Part shown: one piece after another, positions 14,337 to 33,100 of the stretch
How positions within the stretch are numbered: the first letter of the stretch is position 1
How the letters are laid out: each line of letters starts with the position of its first letter
Source: Lingula anatina
Taxonomy: Eukaryota > Animalia > Brachiopoda
Reading direction: 5' to 3'
DNA length: 64,000 nt
Assembly (NCBI GenBank): GCA_051362555.1
Contig: CM120644.1
Coordinates: 21,846,534-21,910,533 of the forward strand
Notes under the pieces: model-generated
Told to the model about the DNA's origin: nothing
The model's input: only the letters and a program-made list of their open reading frames with translations
The model's database searches: none
Position numbers and translations under genes: made by a program

Positions 14337-15456
14337 AAGAGAAAGAAAGGAGATTTATATTAAGACGCGCATATATTCTTCACGTTGTTAAACGTTAGAT
14401 CAATCAAGTGTTAAAACTCGAGCCCATGAGTATGAAATCAAAATGTGTCAGCGTAAGGAGCACCATAATGTCAAATAATACATGTCGACTACTTTTTATT
14501 TCTTTCAGCAGAGCGGTTTGGACGATGACGTCATTCCCGAAAAATGGCTAAAGGAAATACAAAGAAGAAAGAAACTTGTGTCCGAGGTATGCAAAAAGTA
14601 TAAAACGGCAAAAATACCTTTAACAAAAGAATGGATTGAAAAAAATGGCCACCATCTTATCGTAGAAGACCAATATAAAATCATATATTGCCGTGTTCCT
14701 AAATCGGGGAACACAAATTGGAAGCGCTTATTACTAGCACTGTCTGGTATTATAAACGATACATCTATGGCTCATGGCAAAAAGGGGCTAAACCCAATGG
14801 ATGCAGTTAAAAGATATTTGCATACGTTGGATACGCTGTCGTTTTCGGAAGCAAAACAAAAACTTGAGACCCACTTGAAAGTTATGTATCTTAGGCACCC
14901 CTTAGAACGATTACTTTCTGCATATCGTAATAAGTTGGAAAGAGATCCTTGGACGCATCATAGAGTCTCGTCGCAAGTGTTTCCCTATGTTATGAAACAC
15001 TATCGCGGTGTAGAACCCATTATTCCAGTCAGTGTGGGCCAACGCCGTGGACGGATATCTGGTGTCCTTCCATCTGGAGAAGAGTTCAGTTTTCCTAAAG
15101 ACGAACCGCCAAGTTGGATGCCAAAGATAACATTTGAAGAATTCCTTCGATACGTTGGTGACAATCCAAATTTTCTGAATGGTCACTGGGCGCCCCCTAA
15201 CGATTTATGTCACCCATGCGTCATTCAATATGACGTCATAGGGTATTTTGGGACAATAAGCGAAGATGCAAACAACATTTTGAAACTAGTGCATGCGTAC
15301 CCAGCATTCAAATTTCCAAATATGTACCTTAATCCAGAAACAACGTCTAATTTGGTGAATAGATATTATTCAACAGTATCAAATTCTACGTTGCAGAAAA
15401 TTCGTCCAATTTACGCACTTGATGCAGCAATGTCAGCTTCTAAGTTACGTATTTAG
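12197..15456 (+). CDS. Carbohydrate sulfotransferase (Sulfotransfer_2 family), copy 2; 3 exons, ~386 aa
   Basis: Exons 12197-12284, 12451-12575, 14509-15456; same exon lengths (88/125/948 nt) as copy 1; motifs VPKSGNTNWK and RHPLERLLSAYRNK. Confidence 0.92.
13585..13645. repeat. (TA)n microsatellite
   Basis: Direct reading. Confidence 0.95.
14281..14345. repeat. Compound (GT)n(GA)n microsatellite
   Basis: Direct reading; a similar compound repeat lies at about 9025-9090 in the equivalent intron of copy 1. Confidence 0.9.
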
Positions 15457-16986
15457 TTAAAGATGCATTTGAAGTCGATCTCTTGCCACAAAAGTCAGAC
15501 AAATGCTACCACATCAGAAAAGTGTAATTTAGAGGAATATCAAAATACATTGCTTAATGTTACCCGAAAAGTGATAGTTGAACGGATTTTTCTGCTTGCT
15601 TTCTGTGTATAATATGGGGCAGTAGGATACTGGGTAGATATGTAGGCAGTATGTTAGATAAGTAAGTAAGTTAGATAAGATCGATTTGATAAGTAGGTCA
15701 TATTTACGATCAAAATTTATAGAAACTGCAGTTTATAGCTCTTTTTGTCTGATCGTGTGATTAATTCAACCAAAAGCCAACCAAATGTTACCACATCTAA
15801 ATGGTGTAATTTACAGGACAACCAAAATACATTGCTTAATGTTACCCGAAAAGTGATATTTGAACAGACTTTTCTGCTTGCTTTCTGTGTATAATATGGG
15901 GCAATAGGTTACTGGGGAGATATTCCTTGTTTATTCCTTGGCATGTTGACATTATTTGAGTCATATTAGAATCTTATAGAAAGTGTTTTTTAAAATGTGT
16001 TAATGCGCATTAAAATGCGTTACTGGGAATTCACGCTCCACCGACGCTCGATTCAAATGTACCTTTAAACTGAGTTTGCGTTCTGTTAGCATGTTATTGA
16101 AATAAGATTATCAACCATCCAGTGACAGAAGGCCAAGCATGGATAGAACTTCAGAGCTATGCCTGCACTAAAGACCGCTATGTTAGTTCGCTAGCTGTTT
16201 TTTTTTTTTGGTCAATTTTGATGCTTTATTATAATACTAACAACATAATCGAAGCCAAATTTCAGTAATATACTAGAATATGTACTGGGCTTTAGGTCCG
16301 TGGGAGATCTATGTCATACACAGAAAATGCCAATACTGAAAATATGTTAACTTGAAGATAGATAGCTAATCAGTCTGCTTTGCTCTCTATTCTATTCTCT
16401 ATTCTGGGGGCTCTATTCTAGTTGGAGTATTACAAGAAACACGATTTTCCTATCAGTATCTTAAAGAAAGCGTTCTCAAAATAATAATGCAATGTAACTG
16501 CACCAATAACCATTCAAGTTTAACTACAATTGTATGTACGGCATTGCAGGTGTCACGGTGGCGCCCCTTAGCATGCCCCACTAAGATGTTGTTTCGTAAG
16601 ACTAAATAACATTTTAAGTTTATAGGTAATATTTCCACAATCCATGTAATGTACTGCTGGGTATAAATAGGACAGGTGGTGGGCAGATTTGGCACTTTGA
16701 ACTTTTAAGTTCTTAAAAGAACTTCGGTGGGAATAAAGCTGTTTGGAAATCCACAACAGTTGTTGCTTACTTCTTCTCGATCTGTGAATATATGTACTGC
16801 GTACAGTGGAGAGAGACGGATCAAACGAAGCATGTGTCACATAAATTCGTCATGCAAACGTTTCAGTTCCTTAGATCACTGCCTTTTGTCAATATTTTTA
16901 AGTTGGGTGATGATCCGGTAAACCACCAAAATCTAGCAGTAAAGCCTACACGTACCGTACGTCACATTTGACATGCGATGTCGTTA

Positions 16987-17215
16987 AGCACCCTTTACAC
17001 TGGACGGCGTCTTTTTCTGTCCCGTAGCACGGCCCTATTTGAACGTAAAAAATGCTTATAATAATAAGACTTTACTTGCCGACAACTGGCCGATCATTGA
17101 GCATTCATTTTGCTACCAAAACGATGCTTGTGCCTCCTTTCTACGACCACAGCAATGCCAGTTTCATGGTCGCACAAAGTACACAAAAAGGACGCCGTCC
17201 AGTGTAAAGGGGGTT
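16987..17215. mobile_element. MITE, PIF/Harbinger (Tourist)-like
   Basis: TIRs ccctttacactggacggcgtctttt / aaaaggacgccgtccagtgtaaaggg with TAA/TTA-type flanks. Confidence 0.7.
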
Positions 17216-17859
17216 TTACGGTTCACGTCAAGCTGGGCACATAGACACGCATACTGTCCGAAAATCCCTGTTCCAACGGACCCACGGTCAATGTGGCCTC
17301 TGCAGTTGTGTCAAACTAAAACAATTAACACACTTTTTAGATACATGTAGTGAAGTCGTTCGCCGTAGCAATGTCATTCGATTAGATAGGACATAGGGCA
17401 TTGCACAGTTATTGTATGGGCATTGTTCGTGAACGTGTTGTTGGTCTCCTTTCTTTCCACATTTGGTTTTAGGAGGCATAACAGCAGTAAAAATGTTTAA
17501 AACTTAGTGTAATTCACTTGGATGAATGTGAAATTGTGTATTTACTTACTCTTACCACGCGTGGGCTGAAGAATGTAGGGAGCTGTACGGACAACGCATC
17601 CATCTTCTGGGAAGTCATACGGAAGGTGAACGGCGACTGCACTTAGAATAAAATGACTGTATGATCACATTTCAACCGACACACCAATTTCCCTTGTTTA
17701 ATAACCAAGAACAATAATTAGCTAACATGTGTGTGTGTTTTTTTTGTTAAAGAACAACAGGACTTAGACCCTAGGATTCCTGAGAGTAGGGGGGTCTTGA
17801 ATGGGTTTTTAATTAAATTGAACATTTTTGAAGCAAACAGGTGTCTGCTGTTTTCTCTG

Positions 17860-18000
17860 CAGTCCCGTAGCCAGGGGGGTTTTGCTGGGAAAAGGTCCAC
17901 TCTGGGTAAAATTTGATCTAGGTACATGAAGTTTTTATGGGAAAAGGTCCACTTTTTCCGAAAAAGAACCTCCCTTTTGAAATTGCTGGCTACTGGCCTG
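17860..18000. mobile_element. MITE family A (TIR CAGGCCCGTAGCCAG), 5-bp TSD CTCTG
   Basis: TIRs and TSD read directly; homologous to 45834-45992 and 63257-63451. Confidence 0.85.
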
Positions 18001-18457
18001 CTCTGCATTTCTCCTCTCTTCCTCGAAGACTGCCTTCAGATTCACACATCGTACTAGCTGGGTCGGTACAACTCTGCGGGGGGTCTCACTAAGCGGATTC
18101 AGCTTAATTTTTTGACACGCAACCTACCACTCTCCCAGGGATGTCCAAACCCCAAAGTCAGACTAAAATTCGTGCCCTCTTCAAATAATCCTGGATCCGC
18201 CTATGATGTAGGTGTGACGCACCCGCCGTGCGTTCGATTTTTTGTTCGCTAGTTGGGAGGGCGTGAGCCGTCCTCAACACGTAAGGGGCACTTGGTCCTT
18301 CAAAGCTTGCGACGCACGTCTTAGATAGCGTTTTTTTCCTCCCACGGTACATAAAAAATCGCACGGCTGATTATCAATGTAACTTCGTGTTATCTATTTC
18401 AGTTATACTAATTCAAAGACTATGTTGGTACTTGCCTGGATTTAATGTCAGTGAAAG

Positions 18458-20523
18458 GTGGAAAGATTTTATATTTTGCTTCATATTACACTATGTGCTA
18501 TTCTTGAGTTTTCTTAATATTATATCAAAAGAACTTTCCATCAAATACCATTACTTTTAAAAAATGTGGAAAGCTTTATTTTTTGCTTCATATTACACTA
18601 TGTGCTATTCTTGAGTTTTCTTAATATTATATCAAAAGAACTTTCCATCAAATACCATTACTTTTAAAAAATGTGGAAAGCTTTATTTTTTGCTTCATAT
18701 TACACTATGTGCTATTCTTGAGTTTTCTTAATATTATATCAAAAGAACTTTCCATCAAATACCATTACTTTTAAAAAATGTGGAAAGCTTTATTTTTTGC
18801 TTCATATTACACTATGTGCTATTCTTGAGTTTTCTTAATATTATATCAAAAGAACTTTCCATCAAATACCATTACTTTTAAAAAATGTGGAAAGCTTTAT
18901 TTTTGCTTCATATTACACTATGTGCTATTCTTGAGTTTTCTTAATATTATATCAAAAGAACTTTCCATCAAATACCATTACTTTTAAAAAATGTGGAAAG
19001 CTTTATTTTTTGCTTCATATTACACTACGTGCTATTCTTGAGTTTTCTTAATATTATATCAAAAGAACTTTCCATCAAATACCATTACTTTTAAAAAATG
19101 TGGAAAGCTTTATTTTTGCTTCATATTACACTATGTGCTATTCTTGAGTTTTCTTAATATTATATCAAAAGAACTTTCCATCAAATACCATTACTTTTAA
19201 AAAATGTGGAAAGCTTTATTTTTTGCTTCATATTACACTATGTGCTATTCTTGAGTTTTCTTAATATTATATCAAAAGAACTTTCCATCAAATACCATTA
19301 CTTTTAAAAAATGTGGAAAGCTTTATTTTTTGCTTCATATTACACTATGTGCTATTCTTGAGTTTTCTTAATATTATATCAAAAGAACTTTCCATCAAAT
19401 ACCATTACTTTTAAAAAATGTGGAAAGCTTTATTTTTGCTTCATATTACACTATGTGCTATTCTTGAGTTTTCTTAATATTATATCAAAAGAACTTTCCA
19501 TCAAATACCATTACTTTTAAAAAATGTGGAAAGCTTTATTTTTTGCTTCATATTACACTCTGTGCTATTCTTGAGTTTTCTTAATATTATATCAAAAGAA
19601 CTTTCCATCAAATACCATTACTTTTAAAAAATGTGGAAGGCTTTATTTTTTGCTTCATATTACACTATGTGCTATTCTTGAGTTTTCTTAATATTATATC
19701 GAAAGAACTTTCCATCAAATACCATTACTTTTAAAAAATGTGGAAGGCTTTATTTTTTGCTTCATATTACACTATGTGCTATTCTTGAGTTTTCTTAATA
19801 TTATATCAAAAGAACTTTCCATCAAATACCATTACTTTTAAAAAATGTGGAAAGCTTTATATTTTGCTTCATATTACACTATGTGCTATTCTTGAGTTTT
19901 CTTAATATTATATCAAAAGAACTTTCCATCAAATACCATTACTTTTAAAAAATGTGGAAAGCTTTATATTTTGCTTCATATTACACTATGTGCTATTCTT
20001 GAGTTTTCTTAATATTATATCAAAAGAACTTTCCATCAAATACCATTACTTTTAAAAAATGTGGAAAGCTTTATTTTTTGCTTCATATTACACTCTGTGC
20101 TATTCTTGAGTTTTCTTAATATTATATCAAAAGAACTTTCCATCAAATACCATTACTTTTAAAAAATGTGGAAGGCTTTATTTTTTGCTTCATATTACAC
20201 TATGTGCTATTCTTGAGTTTTCTTAATATTATATCGAAAGAACTTTCCATCAAATACCATTACTTTTAAAAAATGTGGAAGGCTTTATTTTTTGCTTCAT
20301 ATTACACTATGTGCTATTCTTGAGTTTTCTTAATATTATATCAAAAGAACTTTCCATCAAATACCATTACTTTTAAAAAATGTGGAAAGCTTTATATTTT
20401 GCTTCATATTACACTATGTGCTATTCTTGAGTTTTCTTAATATTATATCAAAAGAACTTTCCATCAAATACCATTACTTTTAAAAAATGTGGAAAGCTTT
20501 ATATTTTATTACACTATGTGCTA
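18458..20523. repeat. 107-bp AT-rich satellite, ~19 copies
   Basis: Unit starts (tgtggaaagctt) at 18565, 18672, 18779, 18886 and onward; near-identical units with no unique spacers. Confidence 0.97.
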
Positions 20524-21080
20524 GTCTTGATTTATATTTTTAATTTTAAATTGAAATGTACTGTTCAAATTAAAGCAAAAAATGAATAAAAAAATGAGAT
20601 CATTATTTTATTTTATTTTCCATTTAAACAGTTCAATTTATATTTATAAATACAAGCCATCTTATTTCTAAGTGATAAATATAAAATGTCTTGTAAAATT
20701 AATTTCAAATTTATGAATATTCCTAATCTCAGAATCTGATTGCTGAAAATGAAATGTAATATAATTATCTAAAACAATGATTTAAAGTTCGAGTTCTCAG
20801 AAAAAAGAATTAGCCATATTTCTTTGAACAACAATATGTTGCCCTTGCCACGAGAAATGTCACAAAATGTGCCTGTCTGCCTGAATTTCATATTTGGTCA
20901 AGGTTAGTTTACTTTTCCAATACTCAATAACACCCAGATAATTTTCAGAAATACAACCATAGGTGATAAACAAGATATAGGTTATTTCTACCATAAGAGT
21001 GTCTGTACATGAAGGACCAGCTTCAATGTGCCTCCTAGGATCACAAGTCTACGTCATAGTGTGGTATGAGACATAACACG

Positions 21081-24032
21081 CAGCGATACAGAAACGGCGC
21101 GACTTTGCGACATTTGACCCATAAATTTCATTATTGTCTCATAAAAACGATCGTAATGCGACAAAACATGAGGCCATTGTCGCATAAATAGCATCACCTT
21201 TGCGACCAGGAAATCAGAAAAATACGCATATAGTCAAATTTAATAAAAATCAGGAATGATCCAAACAGTTTAACAAAGTAAAAGTCGTTCAGTGAGTGCG
21301 CAATATCACCTGAAACTGAGTGGTACTCATCAGCCAATCACATCGCACCTTTCAGTTATAGCGCTTAGCAACGCTTGCGAATTCAGCGAATCATGCTTCT
21401 TCTTGCATTCACCGCAAATTTCCTCCTCGCACATGGCGGAGCAAAGTGACAGTGAAACTGAACCTCGTGACCAGTCGGCTGCTTGTTTGCCTCGGAAACG
21501 TGTCAAACGAGTGTTCAATGAAGCTTGGAAATCTAAATGGACATGGCTAGAACACAAAGACAACCATATGTTTTGCACACTATGTGTAAAAAGCCAAAAA
21601 AAGAACGTTTTTACCGAAGGCTGTAGCAACTTCAGAACCACGACTTTGGAGCGGCATGCTTCAGCAGCTGACCATCGCCAGTCGGTACAAGATGAAATCT
21701 CAAGGTCAACTCTATCGAGAATGGTAAAAAATCAGTTTAGTGAGAACGACAGTGCCATAATCCATGCTCTACGAACAATATATTTCTTGGCAAAGCAGGA
21801 CATAGCAACATCCAAGTACCCAGATTTTGTTGATTTTTTGATACAGCAAGGCTGCAGTGCTCTTGCGCCAATTGCAAAAAGCTACCAATCCTACACTATT
21901 ACCAAAGACTTTCAAGAGAGTATATACGAAGTGATTCTCCGAGATATGAGAAAAAAGCTGACAGATGCAGACTATATCTCTGTGCTTTGTGATGAATCAT
22001 GTGACATTACTAGTACAAAAAAACTGAGTGTGTATGCGAGGATATCATCAGGCTGTAAACCAGAGACCATTTTCTTAGAGAATTGTGAAATACTGGATGG
22101 GAAAGCAGACACCATTGCAACATCTGTCAAAAATCTCCTGACAAAGTTTGAAGTGCCGCCTGATAAGGTAGTAGGACTAGGAAGTGACGGTGCATCGGTC
22201 AGTATTGCATAATATTATCAAGAAACAATAAATAAAAAACAACTGGTGTGAAGTTGATAAATAGAATAAATTAAATAATGTACTGGATATATAATATATT
22301 ACAAGGAAACAATAAATAGAATAAATATTTGAAATTTCATTCATTAATTTTATTTAGTCAGGATAATAATTATTACTGTCAGTCTGTTATATTTATGAAA
22401 AATTCCAAAATATTAAATAGTTTGGAAACTTTTTAATAATGAAAAATATTAATAGTTCCAATTTTTTCTAAAATATTGGTTTGTTCATCAGATGTTGATG
22501 TGGAAAAATTAATTTCAATCTTTATCTCATCAGGTTATGACCGGAAAACACAATGGAGTCGGTACAAGACTAAAAAGAGAAATAAATCCACAGCTCATTC
22601 AACTGCACTGCATTGCTCACCAACTTGCACTCGTGTCTAGCCAAGCAGCCAATGGAGTGCCATATTTGAAGACCTACCAGGAGTTCATGACAAATATCTA
22701 CTACTGGTTCAAACACTCCGCCAAGCGCATTAGTGGACTGGCTTCTCTACAGGATGTATTAGATGCTCCCAAGATCAGGATAAAGGAAGTACATTCTGTC
22801 CGTTGGTTTAGCTTTTATAACAGTCTAGATGCATTGTATCGCTCTTGGCAATCTTTGGCAATGTTGTTTGAGCAACAGGTTGCTGAAAACGGCAATCCAC
22901 AGTCTAAAGGTTTCTTGAAAACCATGGCAACATCACAGTTTCTTCTTGTGACAAGCTGTCTTATGGATATCATCCCTATAATTACACATCTAAACATGAT
23001 ATTCCAAAAAGAAAATCTGGATTTGGCTGTTGTATCCCCAGCTGTTCGTGGTGTGAAAAATCAACTGCAGGAATTGCTACAGACACCTGGAGCTCATGAA
23101 CAGGCTACAAAAGATGATCTTGGAGAAACCTCTCAGTCAGAGTCCTACTACAAAGGTGTGAAAATTAGAGACACTACACAACTGAGGAATGCTGCAGACT
23201 CTGCGAAAACTTCCTTTATCAACAATCTCCTGGAAGAACTTGATAAGCGGTTTCCAGATAATGACCAGTCAGTGGTTTCTGCCCTATCAGTTTTAGGTCT
23301 CAGAGGCATCAGGTTTCAAAATCAGGATGCCCAAGCTGCTTTTGGAAATAAGGAATTGGACGTTGTCATTAAACATTACGAGGACAAGTATGTTGATGGC
23401 AATGTGGTCAAACAGGAATGGGCAATACTGAAGGAATTGGTCCTGGCAAACACTTACAGTTGTGACAGTATGAAAGAACTCTGGGAAATTATCATCGCAT
23501 TTCATAAGGAGAATTTCCCTAACTTGTGCAAATTGGCTGGCATAGCACTTGCCCTCCCAGTGCATACTGCAGACGTAGAACGTGGCTTTAGTGCTCAAAA
23601 TATAATCAAATCTAGCCTTAGAAACAGACTGATCAGTGAAAACTTACAAATGTTGATCGCCATAAAACTAAATGGCCCCCTTTCTCAGGATTTTGACTTT
23701 AGAAGTGCTCTTAGTGTGTTTAAAACAAAACGTCAAAGGCATTTCTCATGAATATTGATGTAAGAGACAATAATGACATTTGTGGTGTAATGACATTACT
23801 TTATTGACATTACTACATTGACATGACATTAATAATGGCACTTCTGGTAATCATGCCTAAGAGTGTTTCAAAGAGCAAATGTTTTTTTTTTTTTTTTTAA
23901 AGAATAAAACTTGTTTTATGGAAACAAAAAATGTTGTTTATGATGTGTCCCTTGTTTTGAACCTTGTGTCTCATATTTTTATGAAACAGGAGACACATGT
24001 CTCTCTTTTCACATGAAGTTTCTGTATCACTG
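21081..24032 (+). mobile_element. Full-length hAT DNA transposon with 6-bp TSD
   Basis: TIRs CAGCGATACAGAAAC (21081-21095) and GTTTCTGTATCACTG (24018-24032), 14/15 match; AACACG on both sides (21075-21080, 24033-24038). Confidence 0.92.
21433..23751 (+). CDS. hAT transposase (ZNF862/DUF4371-like) with N-terminal TTF-type zinc finger; 2 exons, ~660 aa
   Basis: Exons 21433-22197 and 22534-23751 join as DGAS|VMTG. Motifs F..W...W.WL..MFC..C, DESCD, HCIAHQL, VRW, and TADVERGFS..LRNRL of the hATC domain. No internal stops. Confidence 0.92.
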
Positions 24033-24209
24033 AACACGCATTCTTTGTCAACTTCTGGGGCATGGTGAAAACAGAGAGAGATCATCTTTGGTGTAGATCA
24101 GTTTTCATAATAGTTATATATGACAATTATTTCTGGTCCTGGTACTTGTAATACTGTTTCTGGCACTTCATGGAGTACTAATACATGTACTATAACAGGG
24201 CTATAATTA

Positions 24210-29471
<5,262 letters not shown>

Positions 29472-29647
29472 GTTTACGCAAAATTTACGCCTTGAAAATA
29501 CTGCAAAGTTATATGCTACTGGTAAAAGTTCTTTTTTGTGATAAACGATTCTGATAACTGTACTAGAAAGCAGCCGAACCACAATGGGACAGCCTCTTAC
29601 AATCATATGACTGCTTATCAGGTTCAAGTTTCACGTTGCTATTACTA

Positions 29648-29655
29648 CCGGAAGT
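29648..29655 (+). promoter_or_regulatory. ETS-type site in CpG-richer region upstream of pip
   Basis: CCGGAAGT about 180 bp 5' of the pip ATG; motif match only. Confidence 0.35.
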
Positions 29656-32476
29656 CGGCCTCGGTCACGAAAGGTCATCAGGTCCGAGCGGCAGGAGAGG
29701 TCAGCTACTGGTAGAAACGCCAGCTCAGGCCACGAGAACCACTGACATAAACGTCATCACAGGCCAGTTTGTAATCGAGGCAGCGGCGAGTTCAGGTGAC
29801 AGTAAAATATCAATTAACAAGCTCATTTCTCAAGGAGACAGAATTGTTTGCAAAAATAATTATAACGATCATAATAATCATCTTGGCAATCTACATGCTA
29901 ACTGGATAGTTGAAGGAAAGAAAATGGTTTTAAAGTTCATGTAAAGTGGTTAAAAACGTTCTGGCCTTTTGGATAATTTGCGATAGTTCGTAAGCCTTCT
30001 CACCTGCAGGTTAGGTTGCCTATGTAGGCTAACTTAGAGCGACATAAACTATTTCATAGATAAAATCTTCTGCCAGTGTATAAACCATATCAAATAGACT
30101 GAAAAGGATGGGACTTTGTTCAAACGAACACTTTTAGGATTTTATTTCATGATGTTTTTCTTAGTTTTTCATTTCTCTTCCCACGGGAATTCACATTGGA
30201 AAAATGTAACAATGTTAAATATTGTAAAGCAAAGACAGGTTATTTACACAGTGTAATATCTTGTATATAGCGTATTGCAATGTAAGCATTCCGATGCATT
30301 TGATAATAATGGACACTTTTCTGTCTTTTTATTTATACGAAACTATAAACAAACAAACAAACAAACAAATAAAGAAATGTTTGAATTCAAAGTGCAATAT
30401 GCACCTACAGGGTTAATACTTAATATGGAATTTGTTATTTTTGAATGCAAATTAAATTTATTTGGCTTTATGCATCAAAAAGGTACTGAGTATGTCACTG
30501 AGTGATGAAATATCCAGTCTTCTGTTGTGAGATATTTTGGTCAATAATATCAAATCTGACATAAGATGTCATTCAAAAGAAAAGAACACCCCAGAAAACC
30601 ATATCGACAGTTTGATGTCAGTATTAACTTTAGGCTAAGATAATAAAGAAAAGAAGCAAAGAACTCATTACAGTAGTCTGGATGATTGGTACTATATATT
30701 GTTCAAATTGCTCAGAATGTGGAAAAAGCATGAAACATGGCAGAAATGTGTTTTGGACTACTAGTATCCTGATCATTTTCAAGGGTAGTGCCAAAAATTT
30801 AAAAATTAGCAACCGTTGCTATGGAAGTGAGTTACCTTAGAAACAAGCTAATTAGACCTTGCTTGTCCAGTTTAAATGATTTAGAAATGCTAATAACAAG
30901 GTTTCAAGGCATCAAAGCTATCTCTAGACTATTTTAAGGCCATTAAAACCCAAATTAACCTTAACCACAGTTGCTAGGCAGCATAATACCCTAGCAACAA
31001 GCATTTAACAAGCGTTTAAAGTTCTATTAAACAAAGCAAATCTATAAAACTGGCTAGGAACTATACTTTTGAGCAAGATGTTCATACTTTTAATCCAGTA
31101 AGTTAAAACAATTGTGTGAAGTTTACAAACATCCGACCAAAAACTAAGTTAAAACAATTGTGTGAAGTTTACAAACATCCGATCAAAACATTACCTCTGC
31201 AGATACATGTAATTAAAGGCAGCATGTTCAAAGTTACTAACCAGTCATTTCCATGTTTTTTATCACCTTACGACTCTTTTTAAAACTTTGCAGTATTTTA
31301 GGCGTTAAAATCTCCCTTGCATGCGCAATATACAGTACACTTTAAGTGCCCTTGCACATTGTCAGCCTCTGGACAGAACAATTAGCTTTTGGCAAATGTG
31401 TCCACAAGGGTTCACTGTTCCGCACAAGTCCAACCAGAGTGAGCACATGGTATATTACCACATGGCACCGAAGTACTGGTTCAGATGTGTTCATCTCGCA
31501 AGACTACGCTTTGTAGACCAGCCTTGGTGGAAGGAAGGTAAGCCATCTGTCGGCCTTTGTGTGTGAACAGAAACTTTTGAACTTCATTAATTAACAGTGG
31601 ACTGCTTTTTTTGTCTGTAAATGAAGCTATTTGACTTTATGTTCTTTTTTTAATTTTCATGTGAATAATATTTACAAACCTATGGTTGATATATCTCTTT
31701 TAAATCAGGAATTATATAGATAAGACTTTATTGGTTATTGGTGCTACTCCAAATACAAGTTGATGTTTTAAAAATAAAATGAATTGTGTTCCATTATCAT
31801 TTTGCTAAGTCATGAGATTCTGCAGAACAAAAGCGGTCGCGAGCAGAACAAATTTTGTTTTGTAGTATTTGCCATAATGCATGTTGACTGTGAAGTTGCT
31901 CCGAGCATTATTAAATAAACAGTGGACAGTTTTGAGGGGACTACGAAGAAAAGTGCCCAGGGAGAGGAAATACGAGCAAGGTCTCCAGGGAATGAACTAT
32001 ATATTGGTTGAAATCAATGGCATAGAAACGATTTCTGGATGAAACTTAAAACAGCTTTAAAAAAAGACCCACCCCGAGTAGTATTATTTCTGCTGAACGC
32101 GGTATACTTTTGGTATAAAGTGGTACCATACCGAGTAAGCTACTGACACAGTTACGTCGTTGGGTAAACTAAAAGCTCCCCCTCCTCTTATGTATCTTTA
32201 TGCAAACTTGACATTTAATATGGAATAAATTAAATAAGGATTAAAATCTCGTGTTTTAATTACTTTTAATTATCACTTTTATGTCATTGTGACATCAGTT
32301 CATTAATTGAATTCACCAGTGAAGCAAACAACGAAAACCATTATAAGCGATATTTTGGACCTCCATATTCTCCTAATAATCGTCTGTAAAAGAGTTACAC
32401 GCTCCACAAAGGACCCTAAGGTCAGCGTCTATCAGCGTCTATTCACAGCAACGGTCGCTGTTACGTCCGACCTCTT

Positions 32477-33100
32477 CTGGCAGCTACCAAGTCTCTCAAG
32501 CAGTAAGGCATTCCTTGGGATAGGTTTTTAAGTTCAGCGGCAATCTCACCATGCAACCTAAAATTGTTCCTAAGGTGTCCCATATCGAATGATTGTCAAG
32601 TGGTTCCCAGATTATTCCCTTATTTGATCTGGTTCAGGTTTTCATCGATGACTACCACTGGAGTTTTGGCACCAGTGTGGTATCCACTCCAAAAACTGAC
32701 GCTCTCGATGCCCCTAGTCACTATATTTGCGGCACAAGATTCGTCGTAGACTTTCTGGGTGTCTGTAAAGCCTGTTTTGACTAGTTGAGCGGTACCGCTT
32801 GCCTGCAAAATTTTAGATTCTTCTATGCAGTAGTTGCCGATATATGAATACTATTTGGACAAAACCATGCTTTGCCTAAGCCAAACTATGACCAAGGAGC
32901 ACTACCCATTTAAATCACTGCATATTACACAATGCAGCAGCGCAACAGGCATGACAGTCAGTTAATTCATAGCGACACACCTGGCTACACACTTCTTTAT
33001 TCAGATATTTTATATTAATTTTTTTTAAAAAAAGAACAACTTATTTTAACTTAGGCATACCTTCCAAACTGAAATATTCCATATTAAATGTCAAGTCTGT
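32477..33100 (-). mobile_element. Second degenerate copy of the Tc1-like element at 1-960
   Basis: Colinear similarity (e.g. aaggagcactaccca.ttaaatcactgcatattacacaatgcagcag) with internal deletions. Confidence 0.7.

Noticed and set aside
18136-18150. cagggatgtccaaac as left TIR of the hAT element
   Set aside because: No matching inverted partner found; the TIR pair with TSD is 21081/24032.
18458-20523. Possible CRISPR array
   Set aside because: Contiguous near-identical 107-bp units with no unique spacers, no cas genes, eukaryotic context.
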